Positions 46,285 through 59,364 of a DNA stretch of 64,000 nt are shown here, piece after piece. The position numbers and the translations under genes were made by a program. How positions within the stretch are numbered: the first letter of the stretch is position 1; each line of letters opens with the position of its first letter. The notes beneath the pieces were generated by a model that worked only from the letters and a program-made list of their open reading frames with translations, made no database searches and was not told the origin of the DNA. This DNA comes from Eledone cirrhosa (taxonomy: Eukaryota): positions 305,412,001-305,476,000 of the forward strand of contig OZ024741.1 of NCBI GenBank assembly GCA_964016885.1. The letters run 5' to 3'.

Positions 46285-49100
46285 AGCTGTGATTTCTCAA
46301 TTTGAAGAAGTAGCAGCTCTGCCTGCAGAAAATCCTTGATCTCTGAGCTATGCACTCTATCAAGTAATGCTCCAAAGACTATTTGGAGGAACCTGAGATA
46401 CTTAAACTTGTCCACATACTCCAGTAGAACTCCACTTGCATGCAGAGTGCACTGTGTAGGCTTCCTTGAGAGGATGAATGTCTTAATCTTCACAACTCTC
46501 GGCAGCAAACCTATCAAGTACATGTCGTAGTTCACCTTCCGACGAGTTAAGTAGCACAATGTCTGCAAATACCAGCTGGTTGATCCTACACCTGCCAACC
46601 ATGATACCACTTCCACCCTGGCTGCACATATCAATTCTATTCATGAAGATTATGAACAAGAGAGCTGACAGTACACACTCTTGGCAGAGTCCGATAAGAT
46701 TTCAACTTAAAACCATTTATTCTTCTGGGCAACAAGAAGCTGTCCATCAATCCCATACTTCTGCAGAATCTTCTGCAACAGGTCCTGTGGAATGCAGTCA
46801 TATGCCTATTCAAGGTCTACAAAACAAACATTCACTTCTTGACAATACTCCCACGATTTCTTGAAGACCTGCTTCATTTTGAATATCTAGTTAGCTGTAC
46901 TGCGTCCGGCATGAAAATCACACTCTTTGTCAGCTAGTTTCGACTCAACAATATCCCTACTTCTCTTTGCTAGACATTTAACATAGACTTTACTGGGGAG
47001 GCTTAACAAGGAGATCCCTCTATAATTAGAGTAATCTCTCTTGTCTCCCTTTTGGAAAATTGGGATTATCTCTCTCAATAACCACTGTTTAGGTGCCTTT
47101 CCAGAGATCCAAGCCACCCAGCACACACAAGTCAGACAGAGAATACCTTCTCGGTTTTAGGTTTTTAACATCTTGCACTGAATTTCATCCTCCCCAGCAG
47201 TTGCCACATTTGAGCCCTTTAATTGTCCTAGTGACCTCAGCTTCCGACAGGTTAATCATTGCTCCCAGATACACCCTGTGTACATCAGAAGATGCTGTTG
47301 TGACCAGGTTTAGGAGATAAGCAAAGTATTCTCTCCATCTTGTAAGGATGCATCTCTCTGAATAGAAAACCCCATACGCATTCCTGATAGCAGGCTTGGA
47401 AGGGGACTTATGAAGTCAGAGGATGGTCTGTCAAAATACTTTACTGGCTGATCGAAAGTCAGATTCCAGCTTAACCCCAAAGCCCTCCTATGTCTTAACT
47501 TTGGATGCCTTTACTGTCTCTGCTGTGACTTTTCATGCCTGCTTGTACCACAAGTGCAAGAAAGAGGACTTATTTCCAGGCCAAGCTTTGTAAACCTCTT
47601 TCTTTGCTGGGATGGTATCTTCAACTTTCTGATTGAACTAAGGGGTCCTCCTGCTACCTGGCACCACACTTTTGCTTGCAATATTTAACAGCTGAAGCAA
47701 GTACTGCTGAGCTGACCAGTCTCCATTCTGTTTCAATGTCTCTAGTTTGCTCAGGAAGTTCTCTGAATTTGGATGCAATAATATCCACATACCTGGTCAT
47801 GACCTCTTTATCAGCCAGTGTTTCCAACTTTATCCTGTAGGTCAAGTTGGACCTGTCAGTTTATTTATTTTTTGGGGGGCTTTAGGTAGTCTCAGGTTGC
47901 AGATAATTAGATTGTGATCAGTGGCCAGTTCAGCCCCTCTTTTAACACGAACATCCAGCACAGAATCAAAAAGATTAGAGACAATAACAATTCAATTACT
48001 GATCTCTGTCCTTGATTTCCCTTATACCATGTGTCTTTATGGATGTTTTTGTGCTGGAAGCCCATTACTAAAACAGAAGTCTAATAAGGCTTCTCCATTT
48101 GTATTTAGATTGGGTTAGCTAATCCTTCCAATCACACCTTTCCATGTGAGGTGGTCAATGCCAACATGTGTATTGAAGTCTTCCATTAGGTTATATAACT
48201 CAGTCTTAATTGCATCTAATGTTGCAGTGACTTTATCAAGGAAGGATCTGTATTTGGACTCTCTGTTTTGCACATAAACTTGCACCACCCACAGAGAATT
48301 TTCTTTCAGCCTAAGCTTCAAGAGGCAAATCCTCTCTCTCAATGCAATCCAATTCTTAACACATTCCAACAACTGCAGACTTATGAGTATCCCCACTCCT
48401 GCCTGTGCAGTCATTTCTGGCATCACACCTGAATAGTGGAGTATCCATCCTCCATCCAAATCTACAGTATGATAGCCACAAAACTTTGTTGAGGAAACCC
48501 TGACTATAGTCAGTAGCATCTGGCTTCCCCCAGTAGTTCTTGCTCCTAACTTGTAAGGGTTGCAACATTCCAGTTGCCAATTGTTAAGATATGCTCCCTT
48601 CTGTTTGGGGTCTTGGAATATGTAACCTTTGTGTGGCCATCCTACAACTCCTAGGAGAGGTTGCAGGCCCATTGCCAGTTCTCACAGTGTTGGATGGAGA
48701 CTGCAATATATTTTTTTGAACAGGCCCCTCTACCTAAACTCCAAACGCATCCCTTGTTACCCTGTTCAAAGGACGATGTGATATGAATGCTTTTATTGCA
48801 TCTAACCATATTGCAGTTTGTGGTGGTCTTATTCACACCAGTAATTTTCTCAGACTTCTAAAGACTAGGCTTTTTTAGAGGCAGCCTTTACTCACCTTGC
48901 TGTAGCTACAACACTGGGTTGAGAGAGTTTTCATGGGAGCTATCAGTAACACCCATTGCTCCATTCCCCTCATAGTTTACTACTGTTGGTCCAGAGTTGC
49001 TTATTCGTCTGACAAGAGCCTGCTATATCACAACTGATCATTATATCTAGTGGCTGTATTGTTATCCACTTGCAATCTGTTCTGTAGCAAATGAATTTTT
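46285..49100 (-). mobile_element. Old degenerate RTE LINE of a different family (no PHD insert)
   Basis: Pieces: AQAGVGILI, VVQVY, EDFNTHVG (APE); IIPIFQKGDKRDYSNYRGISLLS (RT); LLEYVDKFKYL; many stops. Confidence 0.8.
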
Positions 49101-52100
49101 TTCCACCATAAATAATATATTTAATTTGACACATGCAAGGTTAATCTGTCCTTGAAAAGTAGGCTTCAGGATTTTAATTTAGATTGCAGAGTGACATTTC
49201 TCCAGCAGCAGCTTGGTGAATTTGATGACAGACCCAGGCTTTGTCGCTCAACAAGCTGAAGATTGCAAGCTGTTGAAGTATCAGCTGTGTTCTGATAGGT
49301 TTGTCATTGAACCTAAAATGGTGGAAATTACTAGTGTTCTGGGTTTCTGAATCACCTCCCTATATGCTGCTGTTGGGACAGAGTTGGCCACCCTTTCTTT
49401 ATTCTGTCCACTGGGACCGTGAAGTATGCACCTGGTGCTCTACACATTAGAGAGTGCTCTCCTACATTGTCAAGGCCTATCTCATTGTGGTAGTAAGGGC
49501 GGTGATCTGTGTACTTATGTATAATAAATTCACTCCTACCTGCATCGTTAGCTTTATATTATTAAAAAAAAAAAAGCCCAGACGTTCTTTGTACGTTTGT
49601 ACACGAAACACTCCCTTCATTGTATATATATGATTTCAAACGTTCTAGTTCTGGAGAAGTCATTTCTATATGAAATAAATGCGTACGTTCTCTCAAAAAT
49701 ATAAGAAAAGATGGAAAAAACAAACATTAACGCCAAGGTTAACTTTGTCTTTCATCCTTACGGGGTCGATAAAATAAAGCACCGGTAATGTACTGGGGTG
49801 ATTGCTGGAGACTTCTAAAATTTCTTCCCTTCCAACATTTTCCTTATAGTTATCAAGCGTAGAAAACTACATTAAACATCAATTGTATCAACAGCAACAA
49901 CCTGGGGGAAGCTTTTCAAAGACTATACGTGGACAGTAAACCTTCATTCCAAAACCTTAAAACGAAAGCGCAGCAGAAATAAAACAATAAATATTAAGAA
50001 AATTCCAGGGAAGTAACTAACTATTTGTAGCGTATAGATTACTTCCCTTACAGAAACCATAAACCATGTAATTGCTTATTAGAATTTAGTGCTGTAAATC
50101 CTGATATGTTGTTGCCCCACCCCTTATTTTATTGAATGCAATATATAACTTCGCATACAAATACGTAGATAATAAGAAAAAACGGGGTGGAATGCTTTCA
50201 GATAAATATAAACAGTTTAAAACAAACAGCTTAGTATCCTCGATGCAGGAGCAGTTTCAAATAGCTTGGTGTCTAAAGGGTTAGTAATTGTTTCTACTTT
50301 AGGCACAAGGCCAGCAATTACCCAGTGCATTACTGGTACTTTATTTTATCGACCCCGTAAGGATGAAAGGCAAAGTCAACCTCGGCGGGATTTGAACTCA
50401 GATCGTAAAGGGTCGTAACTATGCTGGAAAGCATGGCGTTCGACCATCTACTGATACTGCCAATCCACATGGTTGCAGCTAAGAATCCTAACTAGTCTCG
50501 GGTCTCGAATAAATCATCCCCCACCCGCTTATTAATTTTTCAGATTTTTTCAACCACCCCCCGCTCTTATTCCAACCTCCCTCCGCTTATTATATTTTAC
50601 TAATTTTATTTTAAGTGGTAGCATTCCTGTGATAATTAAATTTTTCTGTACATTAAAAAACATTATACATGACAAAAAAGAACATTACAAGATATCCCAT
50701 ATGTTATAAAATAAATAGGATCGGTTGAGGTCACAATTTGTAAACTAAACGACTAATTCTGTTATTCAAAAAAATCAAGGGAGACAACCTAGAATATTTA
50801 CCCCCCCCCCCTATTATCTGGAACCTGGGAGTAGCTCAGAAAGTTACCTATCCAAAAATTCACTCTTACAAGTATCAGTGAAGTACTAGGTCGATTTAAT
50901 CAACTTTCCCCTCCCCCTCAAAAATTGTTGGCCTTGTGCCTAAATTAGAAACTATTATTTTATTTTAAGTACACATTTTCTTTTCTGCCCAATTTACCAT
51001 AATTATGTTTGCACTTCAGACAGATAAGTGTGCGCATCATTCTGCATATTATAGCATTCTACAGATGCTTATGATTTCATCTTGACGTGCTTTAATGTAT
51101 ATTTGACTCACTGAACCACTATACAGTTGAACAGTAAAACGGATTTTACAGTTGAACAGCAGACTTCTACTGTCTGTAAAATGTTAACTGACATGCTAAG
51201 TAAATGGAATTGAGGAAACTGAGGGGAAAAAATTTCTTCTTGTTTAAATTTTTCGCTGAAGCGAATACATGTGTGTATATATTCATGGCTAAAAAAGGGA
51301 GGCACAAAGGAAGATGCTTGAGGCTGGAGTTGAAGGGGAGATTTATTGCTAAGAAAAAAAAAAACTTTATTACCGTTTAGAAAAGTAGAAACATATCTAA
51401 TAGACTAATGAATCTACTTAGTGAGTTGGTATTATTATATTTTCTCTTCTCAAGGACAAATTTTCTACTTAACATATATAGAAGAATGCACTATGGAGTA
51501 AGAGTGAATTTCTGGATAGATAACTTTGAGAGTTAGTTAGGATTGTTAGCTGCAACCATTTTCAACCTTTTGACACCAAACCACTTAAAACTACTCCTGA
51601 ATCTATGATATTAAGCTGTTTGTTTTAAACTGTTTATATTTATCTGAAAGCCTTCCATTATAATTTTTGGATTGGCAGTATCGGTAGAGGGTCGGACGCC
51701 ATGCTTTGACGCATAGAGTTACGGCCCTTGCCATTCTGAGTTCAAATCCCACCGAGGTTAACTTTGCCTTTCATCCTTACGGGGTCGATAAAATAAAGTA
51801 CCAGTAATACACTGGGTAATTGCTGGCCTTGTGCCAAAAAGTAGAAACAATTATAATTTTATGTAAGAACTTTTGAAACGTTATGTTTCAACCAAAGCTG
51901 GATTAACTATTAAGCTAAATAGGCAAATGTTTGGGGCATTTATTCAAATTAAATGTATTTGTTATAAAGACAAAAAAAAAAAAATTGCAGACTTTATAAA
52001 AGGTGAGGGGCACCATAATCTTTTAAATGCTTTGGGCCTCAAAAGGACTTAATCTGGCCCTTGGTTTGACTCACCAGATAAATAAAGAGAAAGTTACTTA

Positions 52101-53378
52101 TATTTCTAAATCTCCCCAAATTCGTGATTATACTCAAAATTATTTGAAAATCATTGGCAGTATCTTTCATTAGAAATATGGTAGCGAAAGGGTTGAGTTA
52201 CAGCACTCATACTTCATTGGAAAAGACATGAATGTCACAAAATCTGCATCTTTGGTGTTGCATCCATACTAGGAACCATGGGTGGCAATGTGGCAGAGTT
52301 GTTAGAGTGTTGGACACAAAATATCTTGTCTTATTTGTTGTGGCTCTCTACAGTCTGAATTCAAATCAAGCTGAGTTTAACTTTGCCTTTCGTCACATTG
52401 GAGTTTGATAAAGTGCCTACCCTGTTATGGTGTACTCCTCCACCCTCTCTTCACCTGCCACAATGTGGATGTTCCACTGACTCAATTGTAAGATGGTAGC
52501 CATGAAAGTGTTTGTGTCTGCTCACAATTACTTGAGCACCCAAAACCACAAGTGACATATACCATAACGCTGAAATGGCTATATCTGATCGATGCTGATG
52601 ATGAATGGTTTAAATATAGTTGAACATATTGACCTGACAAGTGTATTTCTTCAGAAATGACACAAAAATCAATAGTGCCTGAATATTGATGACCATTATG
52701 TGAATAAACTACAGAATAGAATGGTCTTCCATCAGTTTCAAAAATGGTCGTAAAATTAATGTTCAGGTGGCTGAGAATTCCACAGATGTTGAAGAAGTGC
52801 CAGGAAATGCCAGTGGATGGAAGCCATAGTGAGGTAGACCAAGAAAGACCTGGGCAGAGGTGGTGAGAGCTGACCTCAAATTGCTGAGAGTCACAGAGGA
52901 GATGACGAAGAAACATGCAAGTGGAGAAATGCTGTGCTGAAAAGGACCCATCCCCCATGCAGGTGTGGAAAAACAGACGTAAAAATGATGTAAATGATGA
53001 TGATGATGATGACGTTCCCTTAATATAATTTTCAGGTATAGATCATCTGAAGGTCTTCCAAATAGTTTCTGTCTACCCAATTTTGCTCACAATGCTTTGG
53101 CCAACTAATGGTAAATGACACTTGTCCAAGAACACAAGCAATGAGATTGAACCCAGAATCTTATGATTGCAAAAAACTTCTTAATCATTTGACTATACTG
53201 CATCTACAAGTAAACATTAGTTATCATCATCATCATCTCCGTTTAACATCCATTTTTCCACACTGGGATGGGTTAGATGAGTTATCCTGTTGTGAGCAAT
53301 GCCAGGTCAGAACTGATTTTGGCTTGGTTTCTACAGCTAGATGCCCTTCCAAGCGCCAACCTCATTTACAATGAGTGC

Positions 53379-53668
53379 TGGGTGCTTTTTGTCATGATAC
53401 CTACACAACCACTTTACAGTGTAGGCGGTACTTTTTGTTGTGACACCTACATGACCACTTTACAATGTGGACTGGCTTTTTTGCCGTGACACCTACACTA
53501 GCATTTTACAGTGTGGGCTGGGTGCTTTTTTGCCGGGACACCTACACAACCACTTTACAGTGTGGACTAGCTGCTTTTTTGCCGTGACACCTGCATGACC
53601 ATTTTACAGTGTAGGCTGGGCGCTTTTTTGCCATGTCACCGTCACAACCACTTTACATTGTGGACTGG
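53379..53668 (-). repeat. Minisatellite of about 48 bp (about 6 diverged units) within an RTE-type 3' tail
   Basis: Unit tgggtgcttttt(t)gccgtgacacctacacaaccactttacagtgtggac; the same unit occurs in fewer copies in RTE 3' UTRs at 16755-16840, 31090-31180 and 55375-55470. Confidence 0.85.
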
Positions 53669-54593
53669 AGGCTTCACTGGATGTGTGCTTCAGTCTGTCC
53701 TCTTGGGAGATGTATGGGAGTAGGTAGGGTGGGGCGAATATCACTAAAACATTAAGCTATTAAAAAGAAAGAAAATGAAAAAAATATAATCCAGCCATTT
53801 ATTTTAACTCTATCCATAACTTGTAATTACATCAGTTTCAGATCAACTCACTTAGTAGACACGTTCAGCTTCGAGATATAACTTTGTGAATTCTTAGAAA
53901 ACACTGGAAATTGATTAGAAATTATTGCTGACAGAAAGCACTGTAAATTCCTTCCATTTCTTTATTTGGTTCTTTTTATTTGTGGAACTAATAAATAAAA
54001 TTTTATTGGAATTCTAGTATTCCAAGAAATGTAGTTAAAAACTCTTGGTGTAAAACACAGACAGAATTCTTTATTGAGAACATTCTTATTAATATTCTTA
54101 GCATTGCTTTGCAAAGGTAAATACATTTCTGTTGCTAATTTTTCAAAGCTGTTTACAGCTTAGGTAGAATTTGGTTCACTGGTTGAAATAATGCAAGACC
54201 AGATGTAATTATCTGCGCACATGCACATTCTGATGTACAACAGAGGTAAATTTAAAAGAAATATTAAGTTCATTTAACAATTTTCACCTCGTCTTTTGAG
54301 CAATTTTATAAAGGAGAGATTCATCATCATCACCCCTCCCCTCCAACCACTACCACCATCACCACCACCACCATCATCATCATCACCACCAACATAAACA
54401 CCACCACCACTCGTCCATACATAACTGAGGTGAAGGCACTTCACCTAGTGGTTAGGGTGCTGGGTTTACCATTGCAATGCTTTGGGTTCAAATTCTAGAC
54501 CAGATGGCATTTTGTAGTCTTTAGAAAAACACTTCATTTTACACTGCTACCACCAACTCAGCTGAAAATTAGTACCAGCAACAACAGCAGCAG

Positions 54594-54834
54594 TTAACCC
54601 TTTAGCATTTTAACCGGCTGTATCCGGCCAGAATTCTTTCACCTCTTTCTGTTCAAACAGGCTGTAACTGGCCGCTCATACTGATGTTAAGGTATGGTCC
54701 TCAAAATAAATAATATTAAAATCTCATATATTCCATATTATGTGAGATAATTATGTGAGATATTATGTGAGATAAAGCCTTTACCACAAAAATACAGTAG
54801 TATATATAGAGTAATGTAAATGCTAAAGGGTTAA
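54594..54834. mobile_element. piggyBac-like MITE
   Basis: TTAA-CCCTTTAGCATTT ... AAATGCTAAAGGG-TTAA (13-bp TIR, TTAA TSD); related copies at about 23720-23923 and 26531-26740. Confidence 0.85.
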
Positions 54835-55976
54835 ATTTGCGTTATACTGCATTTTATCCACTGAGGAATCTTGTCCTCTCAGTCACTTAATGCCAATGAA
54901 ACAGGGATAAGTTCCAGCGTGATGAGTCACCAGGCTTGGGACAGACTAACCTTACCTTAATAATAAAGATATTTATTATATCAACTCTAGCAATAAAAGG
55001 TAAAGCTGATTCCAACAGTAATTAACCTATTTAATATTACAACTTGATTTCTACTGCAATTTCTGTAAAGACTCATCCAAATAAAATAGCCATTAGAAAC
55101 AAAAAAAATTTAGAAGCGTATTAATGGCCAAGGTTTTAGAGGATAGTATTCATCATCATCATCATTATTATCACCATTATCATCACCATCATCATCATTA
55201 TCATCATCATCATCATTTAATGTATTTTTTCCATGCTAGCATGGGTTAGACAGAGTTTGTCCCATTAGAAGCAGGTTGAGTCAGGTGACCGTGTCTCGCT
55301 TATATAGGACTGCTTTTGGCTGGTTTGCTATGGCTGGATGTCCTTCCTAAAGCCAACCACTTTTACAGTGCATGTTGGGTGCTTTTTGCCATGTCTCCTA
55401 CATGACCACTTTACAGTGTGGACTGGGTGCTTTTTGTCGTGACACCTACACAACCACTTTAAAGTGTGGGCTGAATGGTTTTGTGATACCAGCATAACTT
55501 TACAGAGTAAGGGTGGTGTGGGCGGAAGTGAGAGGGTGGTGTAGGGGTATGGGAGGTGTATACTGGATTAAGAGGTGCCTACAGGGTGTACGTTTGAGTC
55601 TGTGCACAAGGGAAGGCAGGTCTTCTGTATTACCGCATAACACCAAAGATCTCGATCCTGTTACAAGAAAGAATGAACAATCCCTTTTGTTGATATGACT
55701 GAGTTCAATGCTATCTGTATATGGTTTGTCTCTTTTTCTAAAATTTATGGTTACTTTTGACTAGCCATCTTCCCAGCAGCAAAGTTGGAAAGGAAAGGAC
55801 ATTTCCATCATTCCTTGTGCAATCGTCCATCCTTTCAATTGCTAGAATATTTTACTGACTTTAAAGGTTCCTTTTATAGCTGAATTAAGGAGCTGCTTTC
55901 TTTCACCAAGAACCCAAGTTCAGCCATACTTTGGTCTAAGTGAGATGTATGTATGTATGTATGTATGTATGTATGT

Positions 55977-57297
55977 TCTCTCATTCTCTTAATTTCGAGT
56001 ATATTTTTGACCGGCCACCTTCCTGGTGGCAAGGTTGTAATAGAAAAGAAATTGTCATCCCTTGAATCGCAAGAATGTTTTGCAAATTTTGAAGGTGCCA
56101 GCTATTGCAGCCATTTGTAGACTATGAATTAGGGAGCTGCGCTCTTTGTCCGCAAATCCAAGTTCAGTCATACTTTGGCCCAAACGGGTTGGTATATAAC
56201 CCGTAGCTCCAATAATGATGGGTATGAAGCTAAAGGTGTATCTTGGATACTGGATTTGTAAACTCCTCATCAATGGTCTGTAGATGTCCTCCTTCTCCTG
56301 TATTTTTCTGACAACGTTACATCAAGTGGGCAGCTGATCTCCACAACAGAACACGTTTTCAATGTGTGGTCCCAAACAACACTAGGCCAGTTGTGCTTTA
56401 ATTTGGTGGCAGTTTTTATTTTCAGGTTCCACCAGTATTTCTTAGTGCCATCTGTCTCAATATATTATTCTTCCTTGTTTGTTTTTAATTTTGTTTTCCA
56501 AAGTGCATTCCAGATGGTTCTAGCTATCCCATCGTGTCTCATGGGGAGGTAGTAGCGAGATGACATTCTTTCGCAGCTGGCAACAATGTGGCTTACATCC
56601 TCGATCTTTGTTTTACATAGCCTACATTTATTGTCAGCTGATGGCCCTCCTCTTTTGTGCAGCAGATATTTGGTAGGGAGTTCTTGTTCCTGTATTGCAT
56701 AGAGATATCCCTCAAGGTGTGATGTCATAAACTTGTCGGAACTCCATGCCAGGCTTTTTGAGTGGTTTATCCCCTCTATGGTCTGTGTTTTACATCTCAA
56801 GTATCCATGCACAACTTTTTCTGTAAATTGGTCAATTTTTTCATCTTGTTTGAACATTGAATAGGATCTTCCGATTTCTCTGGGTGAGAGATTTATATCA
56901 GGCTTTATTCCATATCTCTCCTCCATATCAGTGGCTATCCTAATGACATTTTTTTCTTCATGCTCATAAACCTGGGCAAGATGGTTGCCAACCTTTTTCC
57001 TCTGTTGAAGATGTTGCTTCAGTGTTACTATCCGGGTCTCATATGTTGTTATTATGGATTTTAGACCCCGGCCACCTTCCTTGCGTGAGAAGTATAGCCT
57101 ATCCACATCGCCATTGATGTTAAAGTTCCCAGTAACACTGAGAAGTTTGCGAGTTCCATCTCACTTAGTTCTTGCAATGACCAGTTCAGCAGGCCAAATG
57201 TTGGCGTTAGAATTGGCACAGCATAAGTATTGTGGGTAATGTACTTGTACGCTGACAGTTCTGATGACCATATTTTCTTTACTCTTCTGAGGTATTC
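55977..57297 (-). mobile_element. 5'-truncated R4/Dong-like LINE with restriction-like endonuclease
   Basis: DRLYFSRKEGGRGL, AIQEQEL, CRLCKTKIEDVSHIVASC (CCHC), RHD, VVEISCP, IPIIIGATG; (ATGT)n on both sides. Confidence 0.88.
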
Positions 57298-57328
<31 letters not shown>

Positions 57329-57399
57329 TGTATGTATGTATGTATGTATGTATGTATGTATGTATGTATGTATGCATGTATGTATGCATCTATGTATGT
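57298..57399. repeat. (ATGT)n microsatellite between the R4/Dong-like elements
   Basis: Direct tetranucleotide run; shorter runs at 55945-55976 and from 58451. Confidence 0.95.
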
Positions 57400-58450
57400 T
57401 CTTCTGGTTTTATAATTTCACAAATTTTTACCAATAGAGAGAGAGTTGGTTTCTAACATAGACACAAGACTCTCTCATTGGAATTTACACAACATCAACT
57501 AGGTAGATTATGTATGCATGCATGTGTAGATATGGATGTTATTGTATGTGTGGATGTGTATGTTTTGAGTTGTATGTGTGCATGTGTATATGCTTTGTAT
57601 CTGTACATGTGTATATGCAGTTATTAGATGCAACATTTTTGGAATGTTTTACATATTTTTACTGTTCCATTAATGGATTGTACTTGTAATTTCCTAACTA
57701 GTTGTGTTCTTTCTGTTCCTGTGAAGCCTAGCTTCTCAAGATTTGTAGTGAGGCAGTTACTAACATACCCCAGTGCCCCAATAATCACAGGCATAAATCT
57801 GAAGGTGTAATCAGGGTGGCGTATCTGCAAATTTCTCATCAGTTCTGCATAAATATTCTCCTTTTCGCTAATCTTTGATATTATATTGACATCTGCTGAG
57901 CAGCTAATTTCCACTACTGTGCATGTTTTCTTCTCCCTGTCCCATATCATAATATCTGGTCTGTTATGCCTGCATTTTATTGGGGTTTTTACTGGAACAT
58001 TCCACCAGTACTCTTTCAAATTATGTATATGGATGTCTTCCATATTGCTGTAGCTTTTAACGTGTTTATTATCGGGGATATCTTTTCTACGGATTACATT
58101 GTACAGTGTTTTGGCCACTACATCATGCCTCAGATAGATAGTACCGCGATGACATCTTTGGGCAGTTGCTGATGACATGGGTGACATCTTCGATGTTAAT
58201 TCTGCAGAGTCTGCACTTGTTATCACATCTAGGTGTTTTGCCTGCATCCCTATCTCTTTTGTGAATCAGGTATTTCGTGTTGATTTCCTGTTCTTGGATT
58301 GCAAAAGCATATCCTTCAAAGTGGGAGCCAATATAGCGGTTGTTGGTCCAAGATAGACTACTTTCCTTATCTATATTACTCTCACTCTGGAGCTTCCTGG
58401 CAACATATCCATGCATGATTTTTTGCTGATAAGCATGCACTTTTTCATCC
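57400..58450 (-). mobile_element. Second, divergent 5'-truncated R4/Dong-like LINE
   Basis: HFEGYAFAIQEQEI, CRLCRINIEDVTHVISNC, RHDVVA, HNRPDIMIWD...VVEISC...KENIY, PVIIGALG; frameshift near 58130. Confidence 0.88.
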
Positions 58451-58621
58451 ATATGTATGTATGTAGGCATAGATGTCATTGTACGTGTATAGCTGTATGT
58501 TCTGAGTTACATGTGCACATATACATACGTTTCTATATCTGTACTTGTGTATGTATGTATGCATGTATGTTTGAAGAGTCCTCATGATATATATATATGT
58601 GTATATATATATATATATATA

Positions 58622-58740
58622 ACGAAGGAATTGTGGTAAGGAACCAGATGGACCATAACACACCAGAGTACTCAATACTTAGGGTAGAAGAGCAGGTCGA
58701 AACAGCTTGAGCTCTGCCGTCGGGGTCATACCTTTTCCTA
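58622..58740. repeat. (TA)n-flanked repeat, reverse-oriented single-arm relative of 8784-8972
   Basis: cgaaggaattgtggtaaggaaccagatggaccataac...gcttgagctctgccgtcggggtcatac.ttttccta. Confidence 0.85.
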
Positions 58741-58773
58741 TATATATATATAAATAAGACTATTATATATATA

Positions 58774-59364
58774 TAAATAAGACTATTAATAATAATAGAG
58801 AGGTAAGGTGTATATAATGATTTCAGCATTTTAAAACTTCTAATATATATATATATATATATTAGAAAGTGAGGTTTTTTTTACAAAATGAAAAATAACC
58901 AAGGTGTCCTACACGAGTGAAAGTATAAAAAAAAAAAATGAAATCGAAAATGCAACTGGAGTCTTATTTTTTAAAAAATATATATATTTATTTGGTTCCT
59001 TTACCGGTTTCGCAGTTCTTCTGCTTTTCAAAAGTAGAGTTGAGATGGAGGGTCTGTGCTTTTTCTCACATGTGAGAAAAACGACAGACCCTCATCTCAA
59101 ATTTACTTTTGAAGAACTGCGAAACCAGTAAAGGAACCAAATAAATATATATATTTAAAAAACAAATAAGACTCCAGTTGCATTTTCGATTTCATCTTTT
59201 TTTCTTTATACTTTCACTCGTGTAGGACACCTCGGTTATTTTTCATTTTGCAAAAAAAACCTCACTTTCTAATATATATATATATATATATATATTAGAA
59301 GTTTTAAAATGCTGAAATCATTATATACACCTTACCTCTCTATTATTATTAATAGTCTTATTTA
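58774..59364. repeat. Near-perfect spacerless palindrome of about 590 bp
   Basis: Centre ctcaca|tgtgag at 59070/59071; arms are reverse complements, including internal (TA)n; the ORF track gives identical MLKSLYTPYLSIIINSLIY on both strands. Confidence 0.93.

Noticed and set aside
49380-49520. HDV-like ribozyme upstream of the degenerate RTE (minus strand ttcacg...gg...ccaa)
   Set aside because: I could not find a P1 partner strand; a structure-descriptor search on a consensus would be needed.
53379-53668. CRISPR-like array
   Set aside because: Units are contiguous with no unique spacers, derive from an RTE 3' UTR, and the context is eukaryotic with no cas genes.
58670-58730. Hammerhead ribozyme around tcGAAAcagc (also at 8840-8870)
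   Set aside because: No CUGANGA core correctly placed on either strand.
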